The translations under genes and the position numbers were made by a program. Below, piece by piece: positions 34,902 through 44,006 of a stretch of 64,000 nucleotides of DNA (the stretch's first letter is position 1; each line of letters starts with the position of its first letter). The notes under the pieces were generated by a model. The model saw nothing but the letters and a program-made list of their open reading frames with translations, was not told the origin of the DNA and ran no database searches. The stretch comes from Candidatus Woesearchaeota archaeon (GTDB lineage Archaea; Nanobdellota; Nanobdellia; Woesearchaeales; GW2011-AR9), in NCBI GenBank assembly GCA_041665465.1, contig JBAYIU010000001.1:1213873-1277872 (forward strand), read 5' to 3'.

Positions 34902-35273
34902 ATGCCAGGATTTAAAAAATATGATCGAAGCAAATTAGGAAGAGATTCCGATAGACCAGAACGAAGTGGTTTTGGTCGCAGAGAACGTTCTGATGCTCCA
35001 AGATATGGTGGAAGAAGTTCTGATCGGCCCAGAGGCGGATTTGGAGACAGAGACAAACCTTATCAAGAACAATTTGATGTTATCTGTGATAAATGTGGTA
35101 AAGAATGTAAAGTCCCTTTCAAGCCCACTCGAGGCAAGCCCGTCTTTTGTAGCGAATGTTTCAGTAAGAAAGAAGAGGGGGGAGAATTTAGAGGCGGAGG
35201 ATCTTCTTCTCGTGATTTAGAAGAAATCAATGAAAAACTAGATAAGATCATGCGTGCTTTAAAGATTGATTAA
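34902..35273 (+). CDS. CxxC-x17-CxxC zinc-ribbon protein with RG-rich N-terminus
   Basis: CDKCGKECKVPFKPTRGKPVFCSECF; low-complexity R/G/D/S region. Confidence 0.6.
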   Translation: MPGFKKYDRSKLGRDSDRPERSGFGRRERSDAPRYGGRSSDRPRGGFGDRDKPYQEQFDVICDKCGKECKVPFKPTRGKPVFCSECFSKKEEGGEFRGGGSSSRDLEEINEKLDKIMRALKID

Positions 35274-35287
35274 TTTTTTACTTTAAT

Positions 35288-36010
35288 TTATTTTTTTCTC
35301 CATACTTGGAAACAGAGATAAGGTATTTTAACAAACATTGGATCTTGTTTTTTCCATTCTTGTTTTGGCTTATTCTCTACAAAATCCATTAAAGTAAATC
35401 CTTGTTTTAAACAGGATTGAATATAATCTTCCATGGTTCTAGGAAAATCAGGAAATTTTGCTCCGGTCTGAGCAATATTGTAATAAAGGATTTCGTGATC
35501 AAAATAATCATGGCTTGGGATAAATACACCTTTTTCAGAATTTCTGAACATATACACAATAGGATGGGGTATGGAGAATATAAACAATCCTTTTGGTTTA
35601 AGAACCCTCTTGACTTCTGCTATCCCCTTATCTAACTCTTTCACATGATCTAATACAAAAGAAGAAGTTACCAAGTCAAAAGAACCATCATCAAACTTCA
35701 ACTTATAGATACTTCCTTTTATGAAATGTGCTGTGGGACAATGTTTCTGAGCTAATTTAATCATTTCACTACTTAAATCAATCCCAGTACACTCTGCTCC
35801 TCTTTCTGTGTACTTCTTAATGTGAATCCCGGGCCCACAACCAACGTCAAGCAACTTCTTGCCTTTTAGATTTGAGGGGACAAGCTTAAACATGTTTGGT
35901 TGTTCCATCTCGCGATTTTGGAAACCCGTTATACCAACATCTTTAGTTCTAGAAATAAAATAATTATTGGATGCTTCGTCGTAAGCTTTTTCTAATTCTT
36001 TTTCTTCCAT
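35288..36010 (-). CDS. class I SAM-dependent methyltransferase
   Basis: Motif I LLDVGCGPGIH, post-I GIDLS, DLVTSSFVLDH. Confidence 0.8.
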   Translation of the reverse strand: MEEKELEKAYDEASNNYFISRTKDVGITGFQNREMEQPNMFKLVPSNLKGKKLLDVGCGPGIHIKKYTERGAECTGIDLSSEMIKLAQKHCPTAHFIKGSIYKLKFDDGSFDLVTSSFVLDHVKELDKGIAEVKRVLKPKGLFIFSIPHPIVYMFRNSEKGVFIPSHDYFDHEILYYNIAQTGAKFPDFPRTMEDYIQSCLKQGFTLMDFVENKPKQEWKKQDPMFVKIPYLCFQVWRKK

Positions 36011-36125
36011 GTTTTTAAGAAATTCTTTACACTTATAAAATTAACTGGAATTAACACTTATTCTTCTTTTAATCTCTTCAGAATATTCTTTTTGTTTATT
36101 TTCTGGGTTTAAACTTAAAAGAAGA

Positions 36126-36482
36126 TTAATAATATAAGCCCCTACCGGTTATTGGTCCACTAGCGCAATTTGGTCTGGAGAGTGGATGGACTCTTACACC
36201 ACCAACATATCTATTCTCTTCCTCAAGAGCCATCATTTTTCTATGTTCTGCTTCGGGATCAAGTCCTGCTGCTCTATATGCTGCATCCCTGGTGAATTCT
36301 CTAACAACACCGTAAACGATTGCTGCAATTGGGCCACTGACTGCAAAAGTCGCAATAGTTGTAAAAACAATTCTCTCCAATGAACAATCAGAAACAAATC
36401 GATCCAAACCTGCAACCACAGGAGGAACAATTGCTATAGCTGTGCACATAGCTCTTGAATAAAGTGAAGTTTTTATTTCCAT
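36126..36482 (-). CDS. hypothetical membrane protein
   Basis: 118 aa, two or three hydrophobic helices; TATA-like atttataaag upstream. Confidence 0.45.
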   Translation of the reverse strand: MEIKTSLYSRAMCTAIAIVPPVVAGLDRFVSDCSLERIVFTTIATFAVSGPIAAIVYGVVREFTRDAAYRAAGLDPEAEHRKMMALEEENRYVGGVRVHPLSRPNCASGPITGRGLYY

Positions 36483-36530
36483 TTTTTAATCAGTCTATTT
36501 TCTCTTTATAAATATTACCTCTGTTAATTT

Positions 36531-36544
36531 TAAGAAAAATTAGC
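36531..36544. repeat. casposon target-site duplication, left copy (14 bp)
   Basis: taagaaaaattagc identical to 53171-53184. Confidence 0.9.
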
Positions 36545-36589
36545 GGGTATATAGATATAGGCCTGTTTTTCGGACTATATCTAAACCCT
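36545..36589. repeat. casposon left TIR
   Basis: gggtatatagatataggcctgtttttcggactatatctaaaccct is the exact reverse complement of 53126-53170. Confidence 0.95.
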
Positions 36590-36681
36590 CCCTTATTTTT
36601 TAAATAATCTAAAAGTTCAAAAATAGTTATTCGCTTTTTTAATAACAAGATTTATTAAATTTAACCCTTATTAATTGTTAA

Positions 36682-37296
36682 ATGGATTTGAATAATATCT
36701 TGGAAGGACTGATTAGTGGGGTTTTGGCTACATTAATCTCTTCAATGATTATATTTCTCTTCAAGAAAGTTTTTGGGAATAAAACAAAAACTGATGACTT
36801 AGAAAAGGCAAGTTTTTCAGGTTCATTTTTTAGAAATCCATTTTTGATTTCGTTATTTCTTTCTTCTTTTGTGGTTGTCTTAACTTTTTTCAGTCTGGTT
36901 TATCAATGGCAAATATTCAAGTATGTTTATCTTATTCTTGCAGATGTAGGGTTAGGGTTTATTACCTTCTGGATATACAAGAATCAATGTCCGAAATGCA
37001 ATGTTATTTTTAAGAAGAAACTTATCAATAAGGAAACGTTGAAAGAAGAGAAGAGACCATATCATTATAGGGATGAAACTATATATTTGTACTCTGACGG
37101 CTCGGAGAAAGACCATAAATATTCTGGAGAAGAGAAAATAAAAATGGAGACATGGAGAACTGAAAAAGAGTTTTATAACTGCACCTCTTGTAACCATAAT
37201 TGGGACAAAATATTTGAAAAGAATTTAGACATTGATAATCGCCCTAAACCAAATAAAGTGAGAACACGGTTTAATCCACCTAATCCATTTAATTGA
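36682..37296 (+). CDS. membrane protein with C-terminal zinc ribbon (casposon cargo)
   Basis: Three N-terminal TM segments; CPKCN..x..CTSCNH. Confidence 0.5.
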   Translation: MDLNNILEGLISGVLATLISSMIIFLFKKVFGNKTKTDDLEKASFSGSFFRNPFLISLFLSSFVVVLTFFSLVYQWQIFKYVYLILADVGLGFITFWIYKNQCPKCNVIFKKKLINKETLKEEKRPYHYRDETIYLYSDGSEKDHKYSGEEKIKMETWRTEKEFYNCTSCNHNWDKIFEKNLDIDNRPKPNKVRTRFNPPNPFN

Positions 37297-37426
37297 TTAC
37301 AATTAAGTAAAATGAGAAACGTGAATATAAGATGGGATTTGTGAATCAAATGAGCAAGAAAAATGTAAAGACGATTGTAAGTGGTGCGGAGATAATAATT
37401 GTGATGAGATTGAAAAGGAAATATGT

Positions 37427-37672
37427 TTGATAGATTGTGGGCTGGATAATCAATCTGCTTATAAAAAGATTAATGTTGTAAGTGGACTAAACGGGTCCAT
37501 TCAAAGAATTGATGAAAATAATATTTCTTATAATGTTATTTCTATCATGGATGTTAAATTATTTGGTTTTATACACTCACAAACTAAGATTATTACAGAG
37601 ATTAATAAAAAGGAGGGTAGTATAATTCATGTGGATAAACCTTGGTGGTTAATATTTCCAAACAAAAAATAG
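37427..37672 (+). CDS. hypothetical small protein; frame open upstream to 37331 without ATG
   Basis: TTG start in track; upstream in-frame Cys-rich stretch CESNEQEKCKDDCKWCGDNNCDEIEKEIC has no ATG. Confidence 0.3.
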   Translation: MIDCGLDNQSAYKKINVVSGLNGSIQRIDENNISYNVISIMDVKLFGFIHSQTKIITEINKKEGSIIHVDKPWWLIFPNKK

Positions 37673-37693
37673 GATAGAGAAAGAAAACTAAAA

Positions 37694-37966
37694 ATGATAA
37701 ATTGCTCTAAATGTCATAAGGAAATCGAGAATACAGATAAATTCTGTAAACATTGCGGTTCGTCTCAGGAAGTTCCCGAGGAGTTCAAAAGGATAATTCG
37801 GCTTTTTTCCGAAGACCCAATGTTTAGATCAAAATTGCTGAATGCGTTTTTAGAAGTGTCAAGTAAGGATATTAATATTGCAATTAAAGCTTTTGAGGTC
37901 TTTTTTGATCGATTAGACAAGAGTGATCGGGAGATTATAAAGAAAGTATTTCACGGGAAATCATAA
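37694..37966 (+). CDS. zinc-ribbon protein
   Basis: CSKCHKEIENTDKFCKHCG. Confidence 0.5.
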   Translation: MINCSKCHKEIENTDKFCKHCGSSQEVPEEFKRIIRLFSEDPMFRSKLLNAFLEVSSKDINIAIKAFEVFFDRLDKSDREIIKKVFHGKS

Positions 37967-37998
37967 CAAATATATATTAACTCTTTTATTTAGTTATT

Positions 37999-38691
37999 AT
38001 GGATCCAGATTCACATAAAAATCCTAAGATTTGGAATTGGTGGTTTTTATCCTATTTGGTTTTAGTGATTATATTTGGATTATTATTCCGCTGGCAATAC
38101 TCAAATTGGTTAAATTTTACCTGTCTTGGTATGTTGATATTAATACAATTTGTTTTTAATATAAAGATTCAGTACGAGTTAAAATTTAAGATAATAAACT
38201 GGTTTTCTTTCTTCTTGCTTATCTTAGTGTCCATCGCTTATACTTTAACAAAGCTGAATAATGTGGGTCTTGCTCTTTTTACTTTATTAGTAGCTGTTTT
38301 TATCACTTTTCTTGTTGCCTTGATAGTTCATGTACTAAATTTGTGGAAGAGTAAGGGAGATAGAAATAAAAGAGTTATAACGACAATTACTTATTACTTA
38401 GCCCTTGCCTTTACGGGGATCATTCTTTTTGGATATATTTTCGCTTTGATAGGGATTAACCACCCCGAGAATAGTTTAAAATTCACTGGGGTTAACAATA
38501 CCTTAAATGGTCAGGATTACATTTATTTTAGTGCCGTAACTTTCTATTCCGGAGCTTTGGGAGATATAATTCCGTTAGGATACTCCAAAATGGTAATGGT
38601 GATGGAGTTAGCTTTTAGTTATATAATTCATATTATCATATTGGGGATTGTTATTTCTAAATTTGGTTATAATTCCAACGAAAGAAAGTAA
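37999..38691 (+). CDS. ion-channel (K+-channel-like pore, Ion_trans_2-type) protein with non-canonical filter
   Basis: YIYFSAVTFYSGALGDIIPLG + following TM matches the pore-helix/filter/inner-helix pattern, but filter TFYSGALGD replaces T[VI]GYGD; about five preceding TMs. Confidence 0.55.
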   Translation: MDPDSHKNPKIWNWWFLSYLVLVIIFGLLFRWQYSNWLNFTCLGMLILIQFVFNIKIQYELKFKIINWFSFFLLILVSIAYTLTKLNNVGLALFTLLVAVFITFLVALIVHVLNLWKSKGDRNKRVITTITYYLALAFTGIILFGYIFALIGINHPENSLKFTGVNNTLNGQDYIYFSAVTFYSGALGDIIPLGYSKMVMVMELAFSYIIHIIILGIVISKFGYNSNERK

Positions 38692-38719
38692 AATGCTTCA
38701 TTAAACTTTTTAGTGGTGG

Positions 38720-38944
38720 TTAATCTTTCGACATCGCATCTAGGAGTCCTCTTCCAAAAAGAAGCAATACTATTGCTACAAGGATGAAGGCTAGTACAAC
38801 CATCCATGAATAACCTGATTCAAAAGCCGTTTTATATACGGTGGTAGCCCAATAGGTGACACCAACCAGTACACTAAATTTTATAGCTACGTATATTCTA
38901 TTTGGTTTGAAAGTTTCTTTTAACCATTTTTTCAATTTGTTCAT
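38720..38944 (-). CDS. small two-TM protein
   Basis: 74 aa, two hydrophobic helices; last gene of the wHTH-HEPN operon. Confidence 0.45.
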   Translation of the reverse strand: MNKLKKWLKETFKPNRIYVAIKFSVLVGVTYWATTVYKTAFESGYSWMVVLAFILVAIVLLLFGRGLLDAMSKD

Positions 38945-38973
38945 GGGAATATTTTCTCCTGTTATGTAATTAT

Positions 38974-40029
38974 TTAACTCTTTTTGGAAAGATATATCTC
39001 TTTAAACAGGGCATCGTAAACTGTAATATATTTTAAACAAAGTTCTGGATTAAGTAGTGGGGTCTCTTTTCCGTGAATAATATCATTCCGAAGTCTTTTA
39101 GCATCTTTTAGTGTTTGTTGATCTTTAAATTGAGAAAAATCAAACGAAGACTGAATTTTACTAAATTCTTCCAACTTTTCAATGAAATTATAATCCACCT
39201 TCTTTCCTTTCTTCAAGATTTTCATTGGGAAATCTATTCCTTGGATTTCAAAATATCTTATTGTTAACAAATGTTCAATAGCTGATTGGGCTTCAGTAAT
39301 TGCAATTCGTAACAATCCCATTTTGTAAAACTCTATACTATATTTCATTATCCTTAAGGGTTCAAAAAAATGATCTTTATTATTGATAAAATCACTAATT
39401 CTTTGAGAATTATTCGCTAGCTCTAAATGATGTGCTTGATTTGGAACTGCGAATTTGCCACCACCAAACGCACCAATAATTATATTTTGGTTATTTGGTA
39501 ATTCCACTACCCTCTGATATAAACTTCTCGAATCTATGGGAAAAACAGAATATTTATTATTAACATATTGGTGGGTCTCGATCAATTGATTAACCAACTT
39601 CAAAATGTTATGAATAAAGAACTTGTTACGTTTTCCACTCATCCAATCTTCTATTTGTTCTTTAGTTTTTTCAGGATTATCCTTTGTTAATGAAACATTG
39701 TCAAGATCATCATTAAAAATATCTTTATTAAATACAAACTTTGCCTTTAGTCTCGTTTTTACATTATCACCAAACCGATCTTCTTCATTGATAAACAATG
39801 CAGTAGTACCAGTTCTATTAATTCCAGGTATATCCAAAATTCGTTCAACGATCGATAATCTTACCTCAAAATTATCATTAGAGTTATTCAATTCTAAATT
39901 TGTATCTAATTCTAAATTCCTAGGAATAGTAAACTCAAGTATATATTTCTGGAGGCTATGTTCCATAATCAAAGAGAAGGTCTTTCTTTTAATATACTTT
40001 TGGATGTTAATCTCAACAGATAGCCCCAT
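38974..40029 (-). CDS. HEPN-motif protein (putative RNase/abortive-infection-like)
   Basis: C-terminal AKRLRNDIIHG (R-N-x3-H) at nt 39073-39090; helical C-terminal domain. Confidence 0.5.
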   Translation of the reverse strand: MGLSVEINIQKYIKRKTFSLIMEHSLQKYILEFTIPRNLELDTNLELNNSNDNFEVRLSIVERILDIPGINRTGTTALFINEEDRFGDNVKTRLKAKFVFNKDIFNDDLDNVSLTKDNPEKTKEQIEDWMSGKRNKFFIHNILKLVNQLIETHQYVNNKYSVFPIDSRSLYQRVVELPNNQNIIIGAFGGGKFAVPNQAHHLELANNSQRISDFINNKDHFFEPLRIMKYSIEFYKMGLLRIAITEAQSAIEHLLTIRYFEIQGIDFPMKILKKGKKVDYNFIEKLEEFSKIQSSFDFSQFKDQQTLKDAKRLRNDIIHGKETPLLNPELCLKYITVYDALFKEIYLSKKS

Positions 40030-40044
40030 ACGGTTTATAGAAAA

Positions 40045-40317
40045 TTACTTCAAGGAATAAAGTCTCTCAGTCCTTTTAGTCTTATCATTCTTTCTTTGCT
40101 TAACGAATCCTAAAACTTCCATAGTATCCAAGGCTTTCTTAATTGTTCTCCATTGTGACTTAGTTTTAATAGAAATCTGCCTGACTGAGAGCTCACCTTC
40201 TTTCTCAAGAAGCTTTTTTATCTCCTCTATTATTTGGGTAATCGGCTTCCTTACCATATCTGCATAATAGTACCGATACATTTTTATAGCAAGTCTGCAT
40301 AATTGTGCATATATCAC
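40045..40317 (-). CDS. winged-HTH DNA-binding protein
   Basis: GELSVRQISIKTKSQWRTIKKALDTMEVLGFVKQ; possible alternative start at 40257. Confidence 0.55.
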   Translation of the reverse strand: MIYAQLCRLAIKMYRYYYADMVRKPITQIIEEIKKLLEKEGELSVRQISIKTKSQWRTIKKALDTMEVLGFVKQRKNDKTKRTERLYSLK

Positions 40318-40412
40318 AAAATGAAACCAAAAGCAAAAGAATTTGTTAGGCGTTGGTGGTTCTTCTATAGTTGGCCAATTCCACAGATTATAACATTCTT
40401 TAAAAAGAAGAA

Positions 40413-41015
40413 ATGAAAAATAAAATATTTTATCTCATAGGAATAATTTTAGTTTTGGGTTTACTAGCTTATGCACTAATGAAGATAAATTCACCAGAGG
40501 ATAACAATATTAAATCGGAAAACTCTCAAATTTATTCAGATAACAAGATTACTTTCTCAATACCCTCCGAACTAGAACCATATAAAACATCATTTGGATT
40601 AGATTATGGAATTATTTTATCCAAATTTGAAAATGATACTGCTATTATTTCAATTACTATTGTAAGCTCTTCAATAGATCCCAAATCTGTTTTTGCTGAA
40701 AATTGTGAATCTACAACTTCATGTGGTCATGAAAAAATAGCACAATATTATTTTAATATGAACTATGAGGAACTAATAAAACTCCATCCATATCTTTCTG
40801 AAATGTCAATAAAAACTATTAAAGATGAATTGAATTTGCAGAACTCTTATGAAAAGTCGGTTCTAATTGAAGATAATATTGTTTTTGGAACTAAGGTAGT
40901 ATTTGACACGAATTCAAACAATCTTGTAAGAATAGTTTATTCCTACTCAAGTGATCTAAATTCAGAATTTCAAACTGATATAAATAGCATTATCAACAGC
41001 TTAGAGTTTATTTAG
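40413..41015 (+). CDS. N-terminally anchored/secreted hypothetical protein
   Basis: Signal-anchor IFYLIGIILVLGLLAYALM. Confidence 0.45.
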   Translation: MKNKIFYLIGIILVLGLLAYALMKINSPEDNNIKSENSQIYSDNKITFSIPSELEPYKTSFGLDYGIILSKFENDTAIISITIVSSSIDPKSVFAENCESTTSCGHEKIAQYYFNMNYEELIKLHPYLSEMSIKTIKDELNLQNSYEKSVLIEDNIVFGTKVVFDTNSNNLVRIVYSYSSDLNSEFQTDINSIINSLEFI

Positions 41016-41036
41016 TTATTATCTCATTTTCCAAAG

Positions 41037-41804
41037 ATGATTCCAGATGAAATAGAACAAAAAGGTATTTTGGCAAACTTTGTAGAAGGTGTAGAAAGTG
41101 GAGCAAAAGGAGGATTAGTTCTATTAGGGTTAATATTTTTAGGATTAATATTTGCTTTGATTGTAATTTCGCAGGAGAATAATTCACCTCATTCTCAAGA
41201 ACCGACAAATCAAGTAATCACTTCTAATCAGGTTTATACTCCTACAAGCAATGAAAATATTGATAACTATCAAGACAATTCAATTATACCCCCTAATAAT
41301 TTTAACCAAGATATCTTTGATAATATTCAAGTGAAAGGTGAAGAAACATCAAAAGCATATAATCAATGTACTTCTTTAATCAAAGATAAATATTCAAAAA
41401 TAAATTTAGTTCGAGATCAATCAACTTTATATCAATTTGATAGTGATGTTAAAGATTGTATCAAAGAATATTTAATCAAAGCTAAAGAATTTACCTCAAT
41501 AATTAAAGATAATCCCAGTCAAATTACCCCTAATTCCATTATAAATATTCAAAGCTCATTAATATCCCAATCTAATTATCTTAAGCAAATTTCACAACAA
41601 TACTCTTTGGTTAGTTCTCAGAGACATTACTATATTCATGGAATTTACCAAGCAAAGTCTATTATTCAACTAGCACAGATAATCGGAGAGACAAGTTCAG
41701 CAATCTCATCTGGTAGCCCCATAGATGCGATAAATTCCTTGCAAGAGCTTAATGATTGGTGGTATTACAATGGTGGAGTTATTGACACGGGATGGAGTCA
41801 GTAA
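41037..41804 (+). CDS. membrane-anchored hypothetical protein
   Basis: TM LVLLGLIFLGLIFALIVI; Asn/Gln/Ser-rich ectodomain. Confidence 0.45.
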   Translation: MIPDEIEQKGILANFVEGVESGAKGGLVLLGLIFLGLIFALIVISQENNSPHSQEPTNQVITSNQVYTPTSNENIDNYQDNSIIPPNNFNQDIFDNIQVKGEETSKAYNQCTSLIKDKYSKINLVRDQSTLYQFDSDVKDCIKEYLIKAKEFTSIIKDNPSQITPNSIINIQSSLISQSNYLKQISQQYSLVSSQRHYYIHGIYQAKSIIQLAQIIGETSSAISSGSPIDAINSLQELNDWWYYNGGVIDTGWSQ

Positions 41805-41837
41805 ATATTTTCTAAAGAAAGATTAATATTTAACATA

Positions 41838-41873
41838 TTAATCCTAGTTAATCTTTTAATCCCATTTAATCCT
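41838..41873. repeat. four phased TTAATC(C/T) repeats at the Cas1 3' end
   Basis: Copies start at 41838, 41848, 41857, 41867 (9-10 bp spacing). Confidence 0.5.
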
Positions 41874-43077
41874 TGATCCCCACTTTCATCTTATTCCATT
41901 CTGCGAGTCTGTCTCTAACTTGCTTGTTCATCGTAAAGGGCTTGTCGGAAGCTGCGTTTTTCTTCATATAATGCAAGGTCCCTTTAGAAAAGCCCAAATT
42001 CTTCCAATCGGTGTAAGAGATACCCATAATTTTCTTGCGAATATCATCGCTATCTTGCCTTTTTAATCCTTTAATCCCTGACAAGAATGTAATCTCCTTC
42101 TTTTTACCCACCAAAAGCTGAGCTAAATTTGTCGTTTGTTCTTGAATAACATATCTCCATGCCCATTGCTGATTATTAAATTCAGCTTTTTGATTAAACA
42201 TCTTTTCAATTTCAGTTAATACTTTTTTAGCACCTGTAGATCTGAGCCTTAAATTATAATTTTCAGTCCTAATAAAGTCCTTTTTCTCCATAATATCGTT
42301 CTCAATTAAACTAATCACAACCAAATCTATTAAGAATCTAAACGGTTCTTGTAAATCATATGCCAAACTGTTCTTTCCAAGATTGGCTTCATGTAAAAAG
42401 CCTATGTGTGTGTCTAATCCGGCTGTGTTAATCGCTTTCAAACATTCAGCTTCTAATATAGCGTAACCATAATTAAGCAAGCAATTGACAGTATCTCCGG
42501 CACCCCAAGGTCTCTTTTGAAATTCTCTTGTTGTAAATTCATACTTTTTCGGTACTATTTTCCTCAATTCTTGCCAATAAAAACTCGCGATTCTTCCTTC
42601 TGTTATCATTAAATTCTTGATGGTTTTGGCTTTCCTAAAATAAGGTAATTCTTTAGAGAAATCAGTCCTTAATTCCGGATATCGTAATTTTAACCAGTCT
42701 AATGTTTCTTTGGTTCTTTCAAATTTAGCTTCAAGAAATTTTCTTGCCAAATCCATTCTTTTTTGAGGATCAGAAAATGCTTGATATTGTGCAAACTTTG
42801 TCTTTACTTGTACGCTTTCAGGCGGAAGCATGGTTGTAAGAAGTTTACCCTCCCAATTAAGAATTGAGATCTGAACATTATGCTTAATTAGCCATCTAAT
42901 GGCATCTATTGATATATTTCCACTTCTACCGTAAATTACTATGTGGTTTACATCAATTCGTTTCGGAGAGAAGATATACTCTTCATTATTTTTCCCAGCC
43001 TTATCTGTGCCGTTTTTGATATGAATTTTTGAATTATCAATCTTAATCGATATTCCATACCCATCTAACAAGAGCAT
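41866..43077 (-). CDS. cas1: Cas1-family casposase with C-terminal HTH
   Basis: NYGYAILEAE, THIGFLHE, YDLQEPFRFLID (Cas1 catalytic E/H/E region); C-terminal ISYTDWKNLGFSKGTLHYMKK HTH; ATG 43077 preferred (GTG 43083 in track). Confidence 0.9.
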   Translation of the reverse strand: MLLLDGYGISIKIDNSKIHIKNGTDKAGKNNEEYIFSPKRIDVNHIVIYGRSGNISIDAIRWLIKHNVQISILNWEGKLLTTMLPPESVQVKTKFAQYQAFSDPQKRMDLARKFLEAKFERTKETLDWLKLRYPELRTDFSKELPYFRKAKTIKNLMITEGRIASFYWQELRKIVPKKYEFTTREFQKRPWGAGDTVNCLLNYGYAILEAECLKAINTAGLDTHIGFLHEANLGKNSLAYDLQEPFRFLIDLVVISLIENDIMEKKDFIRTENYNLRLRSTGAKKVLTEIEKMFNQKAEFNNQQWAWRYVIQEQTTNLAQLLVGKKKEITFLSGIKGLKRQDSDDIRKKIMGISYTDWKNLGFSKGTLHYMKKNAASDKPFTMNKQVRDRLAEWNKMKVGIKD

Positions 43078-43079
43078 TT

Positions 43080-43943
43080 TCACTTTTTACCCTCCTCAAT
43101 TCCAAATGAAGAATCGGATATCCCTAGTAAAGTTAATGCTTTAAATCTGATTTGACTAATGAATTGTGCCGCCCCCTTTTTCTCATCTTTTCTTAGCTGT
43201 AGTTCTAAATTAAATAGTTCGGTTCTATGTTTTTCAATTATTTTAGCTGTAGGACTATGAATGTAATCGTTTTGTACTATTTCTGGAGATTCTAAGTTTG
43301 TTGCGTCCTTTCTTAGTTGATCAATAACTATATCTTGCTCATACTTTCCTAAGAAAAAGATGATGTGTGTTCGAAGATTAGGATATTCTCTTATTTTTGG
43401 AGGAATATTTTTTAGAAGAGATTTTAGGATTTCTATAAACTTAGAAGTATTATAGGGTTCTATTCCCTTTTTGAACACTTCATTGTTAGTTATTCTAAGT
43501 AACATATCGAGAAGTTCAAAATCTTTTGTACTCATATTTTTAACTAAAATATCTAGTTGTTTAGGTGAGAGAGCATATCTCTTACTATAAATTTCTATCT
43601 CCTTAAGAGCCATCTTTACTTCAATTGGAGATCCATTTTCAAGATATTTCATTATTAAGTCAATATGTTCTTTTATCCCATAAGAAATAGTAAGTGTGAT
43701 GAATGATGCTCGTTTATCTTCATTCTTAATACCAAATATTTGAAGAGCTTCTTCGGTTGTTAATCTCTTTAGAAGTCCCTCTTCTACCATTTTTGATAAG
43801 TTACTTTCAACAGTAGGTTTACTAAATCCAATAATTCCTTTATTTAATTCTACTAATTGGCTTACTAATTTCTCTCTTCTAATAACGGGCAGTTTAAATA
43901 AGATTTCTTCCACATTTGTCTTAAAGTCTGTCTGAATATTCAT
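43080..43943 (-). CDS. wHTH-containing protein immediately upstream of cas1
   Basis: LVSQLVELNKGIIGFSKPTVESNLSKMVEEGLLKR; stop lies 2 nt before the Cas1 ATG. Confidence 0.55.
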   Translation of the reverse strand: MNIQTDFKTNVEEILFKLPVIRREKLVSQLVELNKGIIGFSKPTVESNLSKMVEEGLLKRLTTEEALQIFGIKNEDKRASFITLTISYGIKEHIDLIMKYLENGSPIEVKMALKEIEIYSKRYALSPKQLDILVKNMSTKDFELLDMLLRITNNEVFKKGIEPYNTSKFIEILKSLLKNIPPKIREYPNLRTHIIFFLGKYEQDIVIDQLRKDATNLESPEIVQNDYIHSPTAKIIEKHRTELFNLELQLRKDEKKGAAQFISQIRFKALTLLGISDSSFGIEEGKK

Positions 43944-43967
43944 TTTATTTGTCTTAATTTATGATAA

Positions 43968-44006
43968 TATTGATATCATTATTGATATTAAAGTATATAT
44001 TGATAG
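43968..44006. promoter_or_regulatory. three TATTGATA(T/G) boxes in the divergent casposon promoter region
   Basis: Boxes at 43968, 43980, 43998, between the cas1-operon start (43943) and the RHH gene start (44039). Confidence 0.45.

Noticed and set aside
34966-35251. Alternative-frame ORFs overlapping the CxxC-x17-CxxC gene
   Set aside because: The 34902-35273 frame carries the recognisable zinc-ribbon motif. The others are frame artefacts of the repetitive RG-rich coding.
41866-43083. Cas1 as part of a CRISPR-Cas adaptation module
   Set aside because: I found no Cas2, no other cas genes and no regularly spaced direct-repeat array anywhere in the 64 kb. The gene sits between TIRs with a PolB, which fits a casposase.
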